This document shows, one piece after another, positions 53,101 to 60,549 of a DNA stretch of 64,000 bases (the stretch's first letter is position 1; each line of letters begins with the position of its first letter). The notes beneath the pieces are model-generated. The model had not been told where the DNA came from, made no database searches, and worked only from the letters and a program-made list of their open reading frames with translations. The position numbers and the translations under genes are program-made. The stretch spans positions 3,328,001 through 3,392,000 of the forward strand of contig OY968796.1 of assembly GCA_963695545.1 (NCBI GenBank), in the 5' to 3' direction. This DNA is from Terriglobia bacterium. GTDB lineage: Bacteria; Acidobacteriota; Terriglobia; Acidiferrales; UBA7541.

Positions 53101-54159
53101 GGTGTCGATCACGCCGGTGCCGCAGGCCATCGGACTGGCTGTCGATTGGGTGTTGCACGGCTCGCCGTTCGTCAGGAAATTGCTGATGTCCGTGGTTCCC
53201 GGCATGTGCTGCGTGGTCGAAGCCAGGTTGCGCAGCGCCTCGCGCTGGTAGCCGGCGAAGAAAAACAGTTTGTTCTTCTTGACCGGGCCGCCGAAGGTGC
53301 CGCCGTACTGGTTGCGCTTGATCACGTCGGTCGGCGCGAGATAATTTTTCGCGTTGAACACCGGATTGCGGATGTAATCGAAGGCATCGCCGTGAAAGGC
53401 GTTGGTGCCGCTGTTGGTGATCACGTTCACCACGGCGCCGGCGTTGTTGCCATACTCGGCGGTGTAATTGCTGGTCTGCACGCTGAATTCGGCGAGCTCA
53501 TCGGGGAACGGGAACGGCTGGTTCACGCTGGTATACGTGTCCATGTAATCGCCGCCGTCGAGCAGGTAGCTGGTCTGATCGCCGCGCGTGCCGTTGGCGG
53601 AAATTGTGAGCGCGCCGGGGAAGGTTTTTTGCGGGCCCTGATCCATGCCGCCGTTCGGCGCGATCACCGCGCCGGCCACGGTGGCGGCGAGCTGCGCGAC
53701 GTTGCGGCCGTTGAGCGGGAGGTCGTTGATGCGCGCGCCTTCGACCACGGTTTTCAGCGTGGAGGTCGTAGTGTCAACCGCGAGCGCCGTCCCGGTCACC
53801 GTCACCGACTCCGATGCGGAGCCGAGCGAGAGTTGGAAATTTACGGTGAGGGACTGGTCGGCCAGCACGATGACGTCTTCGGATTCTCCCTTGAAACCCG
53901 AGGCGCTGACGCTCAGGTGATAGTTCGCCGGAGCCAGCGAAGGAAGGAGGAAAAATCCATTGGAGTCGGCCTCGGCATCGCGCTCGAAACTGGTGCCGGC
54001 TTGCGTTGCGGTCACTTTGGCGCTGGGTACCGCGCCGCCGCTGGGATCTGTGATGGTGCCGTTGATGGTGCCCAAGCCCTGGGCGTGGGTCAAGCATGGA
54101 GCCAACAACAGAAATGCGCATGCGCACAACAAACACAGCGGGCCAAAACGAGGTTTCAC
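50152..54159 (-). CDS. TonB-dependent transporter, Oar-like, with N-terminal carboxypeptidase-regulatory-like domain
   Basis: Signal peptide, LPLNGRN, TNSGTNAFHG, NQYGGTFGGP, C-terminal KFTF. Confidence 0.92.
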   Translation of the reverse strand: MKPRFGPLCLLCACAFLLLAPCLTHAQGLGTINGTITDPSGGAVPSAKVTATQAGTSFERDAEADSNGFFLLPSLAPANYHLSVSASGFKGESEDVIVLADQSLTVNFQLSLGSASESVTVTGTALAVDTTTSTLKTVVEGARINDLPLNGRNVAQLAATVAGAVIAPNGGMDQGPQKTFPGALTISANGTRGDQTSYLLDGGDYMDTYTSVNQPFPFPDELAEFSVQTSNYTAEYGNNAGAVVNVITNSGTNAFHGDAFDYIRNPVFNAKNYLAPTDVIKRNQYGGTFGGPVKKNKLFFFAGYQREALRNLASTTQHMPGTTDISNFLTNGEPCNTQSTASPMACGTGVIDTAVAKMLGINATTGLPMMNPTYALAGLTSTGLANILPGVSPVACPAGSNPCASFPIPDTENYDSGMGRFDYLLTSNDKVTGRYEFDRFVRSPYTPPTELLAYTDGQTIESQNALLHETHTFSPTFLNDFRLSYSREASVRGPGTNAPDPQSFGSLLPDNVSPNAIQQMTVQNGNTGNGFSFGTNPHGTFLRSTVVTSDDISWEKGPHDIHFGGDLERSEVDLINEFNQPGLIAFCTNDAFLGLLANGSSVANSGVGAQSSANATAEGRGTFTNYLAGDMCDTGATTYGLQQGGGEFKALRTTYAGLYLQDNLRLRHNLTLNLGVRWEPANMPDEITDHRYTCINLALMAQGVRSTEFPDAPPGLLYGGDPGCPQNGMNSSYNNFEPRVGFAWDVFGDGKTSVRGGGGIFYDSRIAGVDSNRFVDEWPYSPQFVESTAAAPNESSTAGSFNDPLCTQSGTQTRLNCSGAQAASYHVNFPTFPGPYAPPKDLPICSTGGVVQAAAGCTIPYPYIPGNNLDGSFSTAKYYVPTVYSYNLTIERQLPGESLLRVAYVGLISKHNMETVNLNPTPPQAPLNPANPGTGSINTGTGVVNALLGTFCEPGTAVTYGVGITPAAAQDCAPTTSGGATTASTFIPTTALSATALLEDAFDINSDYNSLQVSYEKRATNGLTLLVNYTYAKSLDDVPFGQGDAGFDGIFSPVAINEPALCKAYVASGPCPTNETYTPNRHTLDWGPSDFDTRHVLNGSFVYKTPALHGSSEVMRLLAGGWELTGIVSAASGRPFTAIENANNISGNTLGSERGTLCGQGLVVNSATNDGLYDSCVAGLSPYNNVSACTGVSTNCNSLLDAQAFEPFTVCNVPLTGTTCASGHAVNNPAIFGTLGTIGKNTFRMPFTYNWDISFAKTFAVTERYGLTLRVDYLNVFNRVNFAPTYTATNGANNSTANFGGVNQLNSSSFGALDGSSGVKAADPRVAQLSAKFTF

Positions 54160-54810
54160 ATTGCCTCCTGGTGTCTACCTAGACTCTCCCGCGTTGCCGC
54201 GGGGCCGTGAGCGTCCTACCTGGCGCTTACGGCGAACCTACTGCCGGTCGCATCGCCACGCTGCTTTCGCGCGTTACGCACCCAAGCGAGCGCATCCACG
54301 CATCAGCGACTGCGTCCAGCACCTTTCGAACGTGTTTCGGGGCCCGGTGCTTCTCTGCCGACTGGTTATGAGACAAAAAAACTGGAATAAAAATAAAACG
54401 TGTAAGCGATTTGAAATCCCTTTACGTGTACGTGCACGCAGCGCACACCCACGCTTCCTTGGCGCGAACTATATTCAAAGATTAAAACTTGTCAAGCACA
54501 AATTTAATGCCGGCATCGGCAATGGGCGTCCTGCTGTGCCAATCGGGTACGGGTTCTTCCGAGGGAGTTCGAGCGAGTTCGCGCAGAGAGCCACGGATCA
54601 CGATCAAGCCACCACCTCCGGCCTGAACGCCGCACACACCCCAGAACCGCATTCCCACCCCGTTAAGGAACCGAGCATCCGATACCGTGGGCAGGTTTTC
54701 GCACTTCGCGACCTGCATAGTCAAGCTTGAATATCTGTACGAAGCGTTTAGAATAACTGAACGATCGCGGCGGCCCCATTTGCGCTCGGGGGCGGCGTCG
54801 AAAAACCATC

Positions 54811-55704
54811 ATGGATATCCGCCAGCTCGAGCTGTTCCTCGCCGTCGTGGATGAATCCGGAGTGACTCCGGCAGCCAGAAAGCTGAATCTTTCGCCCGGC
54901 GCCGTGAGCATGCAGATTCGAAACCTTTCGTCGGACGCCGGAACGGAATTGTTTGTTCGCGTGGGAAGGCGCTTGAAGCCCACGCCCGCGGCGCTGCGCC
55001 TGGCCGAGCGCGCGCGCGCGGTGGTCAAGCAGATGGAGCAGATTCAGAGCGATTTCAAGGACAACCCGCGGAGCGATAGCAAGCCATTCTGCTTCGGCGT
55101 GGGCAGCACCACGCTGGTCTACCGGCTGGGCGGACCGCTGCGCAATTTGCGCCGGCAATTTCCGCATTGCGATTTCAATGTGTCCGTGGGGCCGTCGGAA
55201 AAAATCGTGGCGGGATTGCTCGACCGGCAGATGGATCTCGGCCTGATTTCGCTGCCGATCGGCGAAGGGCAACTGGAGATCACGCCGCTTTACGATGAGG
55301 AGTTGCTGCTGATCCGGCCGTCAACCGCGCCGGTGCGCGGCGGAGCGATCCGCTCGATCGCTCCGGAGGATTTGGAGGGCGTGCCGTTTCTGCTCTATCC
55401 GAAACACAACAACATCATACGATTGAAAATCGATCGATTTCTCAGCGAGGTCGGCGTCACGCCGCGCGTGGTGCTCGAAGCCGACGATACCGAAACCATC
55501 AAGCGGCTGGTGGAATCCGGATTCGGATATTCGATTCTGCCGGAGTGCGCCGTGCTCGGTCAGCGCAGATTTTTTCACGTGCATCGCATCGGCCACAAAC
55601 GTTTGATCCGCAAACAGGCGCTGGCCGCGCCGCGCTCGGAATTTCCGCGCAAACTCACCCTGGCCATCGCGAATTTTCTGCAAACCGAGCTGCGCGATAC
55701 CTGA
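54811..55704 (+). CDS. LysR-family transcriptional regulator, copy 2
   Basis: Close paralogue of 48032-48958 (shared IKRLVESGFGYSILPE and RRFFHVHRIG); divergent from the transporter gene. Confidence 0.93.
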   Translation: MDIRQLELFLAVVDESGVTPAARKLNLSPGAVSMQIRNLSSDAGTELFVRVGRRLKPTPAALRLAERARAVVKQMEQIQSDFKDNPRSDSKPFCFGVGSTTLVYRLGGPLRNLRRQFPHCDFNVSVGPSEKIVAGLLDRQMDLGLISLPIGEGQLEITPLYDEELLLIRPSTAPVRGGAIRSIAPEDLEGVPFLLYPKHNNIIRLKIDRFLSEVGVTPRVVLEADDTETIKRLVESGFGYSILPECAVLGQRRFFHVHRIGHKRLIRKQALAAPRSEFPRKLTLAIANFLQTELRDT

Positions 55705-55770
55705 TCGCGCACAACCGCGGCGCGCGTCGCGCGATGAGGCCGGCGATCGCGATTCGCGCGTCGCGCAATT

Positions 55771-56412
55771 TCAATCAAAGGAATAAGGCGACGTGCGGGA
55801 TGTACTGCGGCGTGTGGACGCCGATGCGTCCATGTCCAGCGAATCGGCGGCTTCGTTGTCGGAGGAATAGAGAGGGCGGCGCGTGGGTTTGCGCAGAGGA
55901 TATTCGCGGCCGCGCAGATTCGTCGCGGCGCATTGGCGGCAAACGGCTTTGCCGCATTTTTCGATTTCGGCTGCGCGGTCGCACATTCTGAAATAAAAAC
56001 ATGACGGCGGCGCGGCGCTCGGCGCGGTGCGCATGGCTTCAATCGACTGCGCGAGGCGCAATGCTTGAATCGTCTGCGCGGTGCCCGTCGCTTCAATTGG
56101 CTGCGCGCTGCGCAGTGCTTCGCCGCGCTGCGCGAAGCGCGTTGCTTCAATCGGCCGCGCGGTGCGCAATGCCTTAATTGACTGCGCGGAGCGCGCCGAT
56201 TTGCCGGACTGCGCGGAGCGCATTGCCTTAATCGTCTGCGCGGAACGCGTTGATCTGGTCGGATGGGATCGGCGGACGGCTTTGGGCGAGGGCTTCTTCT
56301 TGGCGGGAGGACGTCGCGGCGGGATTACGGTGGCGCGGCGTTTGAGCAGGCGGGCAATTCTCTTCTGGGCGGGGACGCTTCGCGGACTACGGCGGCGGGA
56401 TCGCGCGGGCAA
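55771..56412 (-). CDS. Basic hypothetical protein with 9-aa repeats and a Cys-rich C-terminal region
   Basis: Follows 56434-57225 co-directionally; RSAQ-type repeats; CFYFRMC...CGKAVCRQC. Confidence 0.45.
   Translation of the reverse strand: MPARSRRRSPRSVPAQKRIARLLKRRATVIPPRRPPAKKKPSPKAVRRSHPTRSTRSAQTIKAMRSAQSGKSARSAQSIKALRTARPIEATRFAQRGEALRSAQPIEATGTAQTIQALRLAQSIEAMRTAPSAAPPSCFYFRMCDRAAEIEKCGKAVCRQCAATNLRGREYPLRKPTRRPLYSSDNEAADSLDMDASASTRRSTSRTSPYSFD
56023..56252. repeat. Degenerate 27-bp tandem repeat, about 8.5 copies, same family as 27829
   Basis: Units such as CGCGGAGCGCATTGCCTTAATCGTCTG at a 27-bp period. Confidence 0.85.
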
Positions 56413-56433
56413 TTTGGAATTTCCGGGAATCTC

Positions 56434-57225
56434 TTAATGATGCGCGGCGACGGCGCCGACTACGGCCCCGGTGGCCGCGCCGATCGCGAACCATTTCGCG
56501 CCGCGGCGCAGGCGCGTCCAGAAGCTTCCGCCCTTCGCGCTTGTGACGGCGGCGTCGCGCTGTTGCGTGAGCGCGGTGACCTGCGTCTGCGCGTCGGCCA
56601 AATCTTTTTTCGCGGTGTCGCGGTCGAGCGTGGTCGCCTGGCAATTCTCGAAATAATCGTAGAGCGGCTGGAGATCGGCCTGCGGAATGTTCGCGACGAT
56701 CGGAGCGAGGTTGCTCGGGACTGCGGCGCTCGCGCTCGCGCCAGCGGCGCCCGCGCTGACGCCGGGCGCGGCGGGAAGGCTCGCGCCGTTTTGCGCCGCA
56801 GATTGGGCGTTAGCGGAATTGCTCGCCCTGGTATTCGCGCCGGCGCTCGCAGGCTGATTCCCTGCCCCGCCGGCCTGCGCGTTGGCCGAACTTGGCGCTG
56901 ACGGTGAAATCGTGATCGGTTGCGGCAGCGGCGGCAGCGCCGACGGCAGCGCGGCGAGCGCTTGCTGCGGCGTCTGAACTTTTTTCTCGAGCGCGGCGAT
57001 TTGCGCGAGCTGCGTCGCGAGTTGCGCGTCGCGCGCTTTTTCGCTGGCTGCGGCCGCGTCGAGATGTTTCTGCGATGCCGCGAGCGTGGCCGAAAGCGCC
57101 GCGGCGCTGCGATGCGCCGCAAACCACGCGTGCGCGATCAGCGCCGCAGCGATCAGCAGCGCGACAAGCGCGACCGCGCGCCAATGTTTCCAGGCGAGTT
57201 CGTCGAGTGAGAGGGGAATTGACAT
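56434..57225 (-). CDS. Membrane-anchored coiled-coil protein, spanin-like by position
   Basis: N-terminal TM, Ala/Gln coiled coils, Pro-rich linker, C-terminal hydrophobic GxxxG segment. Confidence 0.6.
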   Translation of the reverse strand: MSIPLSLDELAWKHWRAVALVALLIAAALIAHAWFAAHRSAAALSATLAASQKHLDAAAASEKARDAQLATQLAQIAALEKKVQTPQQALAALPSALPPLPQPITISPSAPSSANAQAGGAGNQPASAGANTRASNSANAQSAAQNGASLPAAPGVSAGAAGASASAAVPSNLAPIVANIPQADLQPLYDYFENCQATTLDRDTAKKDLADAQTQVTALTQQRDAAVTSAKGGSFWTRLRRGAKWFAIGAATGAVVGAVAAHH

Positions 57226-57306
57226 ATAGGTCAGCGCATCTCGTCGCGCTAGACGGTCAGAATGCCCGCGGTAAGAGCGTGGAGATGGAGCATCGGCAAT
57301 TCAGAG

Positions 57307-57624
57307 TTAGGACTTTGTTGGTTTCTGAGTTGATCGCGATTGCGGGGAACTGGACTGTGATTCTACGGCGATGATTTTCTTGTTTTTCAGGATTTCGATG
57401 TAGTCATCGAGTGACACGTCACACCTGATCAGACCCGCCAATTGCTTCTCGTTGAGTTTCAGTTGCTGTCTGATCAGATTCCCGGGCTGTTCTTTATTTC
57501 CCTGTGAGCGTTTTGTGCGGACCACCGTCTGACCGCCATATTCAAACCAAGCGAGTCGGTCTCCGCTGTTACGTACCTTGAGTCCTAACTTGTTTACGAT
57601 TTTCTCAAATTCATGGACTTTCAT
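57307..57624 (-). CDS. HicA-like small basic protein (putative toxin)
   Basis: 105 aa, alpha-beta-beta-beta-alpha pattern, TKRSQG and LIRQQLKL segments; overlaps the upstream HicB-like gene; visibly lower GC. Confidence 0.6.
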   Translation of the reverse strand: MKVHEFEKIVNKLGLKVRNSGDRLAWFEYGGQTVVRTKRSQGNKEQPGNLIRQQLKLNEKQLAGLIRCDVSLDDYIEILKNKKIIAVESQSSSPQSRSTQKPTKS

Positions 57625-58045
57625 GGGGCCGCCGCACGACATGCTCTTTCAATACACCCCAGACTTTGGCTAAGTCCGGCCCGAGGCGCGGTTCCTCTGC
57701 CTCCAGTGAAACGTAGAGTTCAGCGATCGTATGTCCGAGATCATCGCAAGCCGAGGAATTCGACTTGCCGGTTCCAAATTCGTCCACCTGCCTCCACGAC
57801 GCGATAGCAGTGGCTCCGCGTCGGTCCAGATCGACGGGGATCGGCTTAATCACTCGAAACTCGCATCGACTGATCGTCCCGAGGAGGATCTGCTTCGGGC
57901 CGCGTTCCCGTCTGCGAATATGAACTTTAATTCTTTGGATAACGTCGTGAAGCACCACTGCCTGTGGGACATCGGGCGGTGGCACAAATTTGGGCGCAGG
58001 CTGCTCAAGATTTTGATTTACAAGGTATTGGGGCATAGCGGCCAT
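57611..58045 (-). CDS. HicB-like protein (putative antitoxin)
   Basis: C-terminal EFGTG....ACDDL..TIAELY..L...LGPDL resembling the HicB partial RNase H fold. Confidence 0.55.
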   Translation of the reverse strand: MAAMPQYLVNQNLEQPAPKFVPPPDVPQAVVLHDVIQRIKVHIRRRERGPKQILLGTISRCEFRVIKPIPVDLDRRGATAIASWRQVDEFGTGKSNSSACDDLGHTIAELYVSLEAEEPRLGPDLAKVWGVLKEHVVRRPHESP

Positions 58046-58048
58046 ACT

Positions 58049-58477
58049 CTAGTTACCTCGTATCAGCCCTAGGGGCGGAATCTGAAGCTTGTCGGCCCTG
58101 ACGAGAGCCCGGCCGAGAAAGACGTCGTTTGCATACAGCTGGAACTCATAAGTCCCGAATTCGGCTATGGGGATGCCGGCGAAATTGAACGCCAATTCCA
58201 TCGGATCGTCTGGCTTGGCCCATTGCGCGTCCACCCTTATCTCCACGACAGGAGATTCGTCCCTGAGATTCACCAGTCGAACCCGAAGGTTGTACGTCCC
58301 AGAACCCTCAACCAATTTCGCATACAGGCCTAGGCTGTTTATCGGAAACGGAACGGCCGGAGACTGAACTCGATCAAAAACTCCCACAAGCGTTCGTTTT
58401 TGAGTCGCAGCGTCTTGTATCACCGTGTCGCAAACGATGATCGCCAAAACTGTCGGAATGGGGCTGGATTCAGCCAT
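58049..58477 (-). CDS. DUF6941-like all-beta protein
   Basis: AIIVCDTVIQD...KRTLVGVFDR and GTYEFQLYAND motifs recalled from DUF6941. Confidence 0.7.
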   Translation of the reverse strand: MAESSPIPTVLAIIVCDTVIQDAATQKRTLVGVFDRVQSPAVPFPINSLGLYAKLVEGSGTYNLRVRLVNLRDESPVVEIRVDAQWAKPDDPMELAFNFAGIPIAEFGTYEFQLYANDVFLGRALVRADKLQIPPLGLIRGN

Positions 58478-58665
58478 CAAGCAATATCTAGGACATCATC
58501 AGCCGGAATGTTCGTGAAAGCAAGGGGGCACGCGGTTACAGTACGCCCGATCCGCAGGTTTCGCCTCCTCTTCGCTCCCGTGGCGCGCGCGATAAGACCA
58601 GCTAGTTGTCTGCGGCGCGCGCTCTTGTGTGTTAATCAAGGTAAAGGCCCATCCGCGCGGCGATT

Positions 58666-59109
58666 TCATTTGTAATGCGCGACGCGAGACAAAACCTCGG
58701 CGGGATAATCGCGATTGGCGCCGCCGTTCCAGGCGAGCAGGGCGCGCGTCGCGTCGCCGGCGGCGGCGTCGAATTTCGCGCGCAATTGGCGGCAGCCGAA
58801 TTCGAGGCCAGTGGCGGGATCGCAGAGTTCGGCGAGCGACGCGGCTTCGCAGCCGAGCTCGCGCGCCACCTGGCCCATCAGCTGCATCAGGCCCCAGGAG
58901 ATCGAGCGCGTGTAGGCCTCGGTGGCGGAAATTTTGCCGGCGTTGTAGAGCGGGGCGATGTAGCGCGCGAGAAAACCCGGCTCATAGCGCACGGCCCACG
59001 GATTCCAGGCCGATTCCTGTTCGACGACCGCGCAGACCAGCGGCGGATCGAGTTTGTGCGCGACCGCGGCAACGCGAGCGAGCGCGATGAGTGCGGGCGG
59101 TGCGGACAC
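58666..59109 (-). CDS. Lytic transglycosylase (SLT domain), endolysin candidate
   Basis: AVVEQESAW (catalytic Glu), SWGLMQLM, ALLAWNGG; no signal peptide. Confidence 0.9.
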   Translation of the reverse strand: MSAPPALIALARVAAVAHKLDPPLVCAVVEQESAWNPWAVRYEPGFLARYIAPLYNAGKISATEAYTRSISWGLMQLMGQVARELGCEAASLAELCDPATGLEFGCRQLRAKFDAAAGDATRALLAWNGGANRDYPAEVLSRVAHYK

Positions 59110-59192
59110 TGAATATCTGAAGGGTGAAAATGGGATCGACGGCGCAGCGTCTATGGGCGGAAATCCAAGAGAAACAGAACGGGCGGCACCGT

Positions 59193-59229
59193 AAAAAAGA
59201 AAGGACTCGACCGAAGCCGAGTCCTTTCT
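59193..59229 (-). terminator. Intrinsic terminator of the predicted sRNA
   Basis: Minus strand AGAAAGGACTCG-GCTTCGGT-CGAGTCCTTTCT then a T run: 12-bp stem with a cUUCGg loop. Confidence 0.9.
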
Positions 59230-59251
59230 AAGAATCTGTCCTTGCCAAGGT
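59193..59251 (-). ncRNA. Predicted ~59-nt sRNA antisense to the anticodon arm of the neighbouring tRNA
   Basis: Bounded by a consensus promoter and a terminator; 5' end ACCUUGGCAAGGAC is the exact reverse complement of tRNA positions 28-41. Confidence 0.75.
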
Positions 59252-59257
59252 AAGAAC

Positions 59258-59286
59258 AGATTAACCGAAACAGCCTAGGCTGTCAA
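59258..59286 (-). promoter_or_regulatory. Sigma70-type promoter for the sRNA
   Basis: TTGACA (59286-59281), 17 nt, TAATCT (59263-59258); A at 59251 lies 7 nt downstream; palindrome ACAGCCTAGGCTGT at 59270-59283. Confidence 0.78.
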
Positions 59287-59332
59287 GATAACTTCCTACG
59301 CATATCCCTTTTTGCATAGGCCATGCAACCGC

Positions 59333-59404
59333 TGGACGCGACGGGGCTCGAACCCGCAACCCGACCTTGGCAAGGACGTGTGTTCCCAATTACACCACGC
59401 GCCC
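59333..59404 (-). tRNA. Atypical tRNA: anticodon GCC (Gly) with Ala-type acceptor stem; CCA not encoded
   Basis: GGGCGCG TG GTGT AATTGGGA ACAC A CGTCC TTGCCAA GGTCG GGTT GCGGG TTCGAGC CCCGT CGCGTCC A folds into a full cloverleaf with U8, A14, G18, G19, U33, TTC and A58. Confidence 0.92.
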
Positions 59405-59411
59405 ACGTGTA

Positions 59412-59440
59412 CTACTAACATATCTATCCGTGTCTGACAA
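59412..59440 (-). promoter_or_regulatory. Possible weak promoter for the tRNA
   Basis: TTGTCA, 17 nt ending TGT, then TAGTAG, 7 nt before G1; the -10 lacks the conserved final T. Confidence 0.4.
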
Positions 59441-59513
59441 CACATGGATCGATGGTCCAAGGCTGCGCCACCTGTGAATCGGACCAAAGCGGAAGTCAAA
59501 ACCGCGCACTGTG

Positions 59514-59759
59514 TCAATCGCGGCGCTTGGTGTCGGTCAGGTCGATGAAGCCGATCGCGGGGGGATCCTCGAGATGAATGCCGAGATGATCGGCGATCTG
59601 GCGCAGCGCGTGGTGCAGGTGTGGCAGATGGATCAGCGCCATGGCGGTGACAAAAGTGCGGCGGATTTCATCGTCGCGCATGCGTCGATGCAGCCAACGC
59701 ACGAACAGCGTGAATTGCGCCAGAATCGCGAATGCGACGACGACCCAGTAGGGGTTCAT
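59514..59759 (-). CDS. Small single-TM protein, holin-like by position
   Basis: GGAGG RBS; N-terminal TM followed by a basic segment; nearest protein gene upstream of the SLT. Confidence 0.55.
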   Translation of the reverse strand: MNPYWVVVAFAILAQFTLFVRWLHRRMRDDEIRRTFVTAMALIHLPHLHHALRQIADHLGIHLEDPPAIGFIDLTDTKRRD

Positions 59760-59924
59760 GTCGTCCTCCGAACTGATCTGGCGTGGGGCGGAGCGAGCCG
59801 GCGCGGTTTCGTGGCGCGTGCCGCTCGCGCACCCTGCGATCTTTCGCGCGCACAGATTTCGAGCGAAAGTCCTCGGTCAGAGGAGCTTTCGCGGTAAACA
59901 AGTCAAATTTAATTTACGTGCTTG

Positions 59925-60479
59925 TCAGATGGCACCGCCGATGCCGGCGGTTAGGCCGTTCGGGCCGATGCCGAGATTGAAACTGTTGCTGGGAGCGGCG
60001 GCGCGTTGCTGAACGCCCAAAATATCGCTGGGGATGCCGAGCGCGCGGCCGAGCAGGCCGGAATTTGTGCCGTACAAACCAGCGAGACCTTGCAGCGCGG
60101 CGAGCTGATCGGATTGCTGTTTATTCGCGAATGCGATCTGCGCATTTTGCGCGACGGTGGCGGCGCTGGTGCCATAATTCCGCGAGAGCGCGTCGAGCGT
60201 GCTGTTGTAGCCGGCGTTGTTGTTGGTGGCGGCGGCGCGCGTGGCGGCGTTGTTCATCAGCGAATCGAACGTGCTGCCGAGCGCGCCCATGGCTTGCCCG
60301 GTGATCGCGGATTGCTGCGCCGCGGTGTAGCCGGGATTGTTCAGCAGATTCTGATAGCCCGGCAGCAGCTGGCTATAGAGCGAAGAATTCTGGCTGGTGA
60401 GATTTTGATTGATCGCGTTCTGCGTGGCGAGTTGCTGATTGGTCGCCTGGACCGTTTGCCCTTCTGAGCCGCGTCCCAT
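59925..60479 (-). CDS. Phage internal virion/ejection protein-like
   Basis: GGAGG RBS; Q/N/A/G-rich, nearly uncharged, helical; downstream of nozzle-like genes. Confidence 0.55.
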   Translation of the reverse strand: MGRGSEGQTVQATNQQLATQNAINQNLTSQNSSLYSQLLPGYQNLLNNPGYTAAQQSAITGQAMGALGSTFDSLMNNAATRAAATNNNAGYNSTLDALSRNYGTSAATVAQNAQIAFANKQQSDQLAALQGLAGLYGTNSGLLGRALGIPSDILGVQQRAAAPSNSFNLGIGPNGLTAGIGGAI

Positions 60480-60549
60480 GTGAAGACACCTCCGTGGAAT
60501 GAATTCGAGATTTGAGTGGCGGCGCGCGTGATTCGCGCGATGTGTTTTT

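Noticed and set aside
51682..54210. 842-aa plus-strand ORF and similar long antisense ORFs (50248-51624, 6701-8401, 29675-30856)
   Set aside because: Shadow frames opposite well-supported genes in high-GC DNA; no motifs.
59333..59336. Reading the terminal TCCA as U73 plus encoded CCA (normal tRNA-Gly end)
   Set aside because: That leaves only four bases between the T-stem and the discriminator; the 7-bp acceptor stem forms only with U70-C71-C72-A73.
59333..59404. tRNA as the prophage attachment site
   Set aside because: Phage-like genes lie on both sides; the 14-nt second copy is inverted and covers the anticodon arm, not a direct repeat of the 3' end; no integrase nearby.
59296..59517. 73-aa ORF spanning the tRNA
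   Set aside because: Fully explained by the tRNA and its promoter region; not protein-like.
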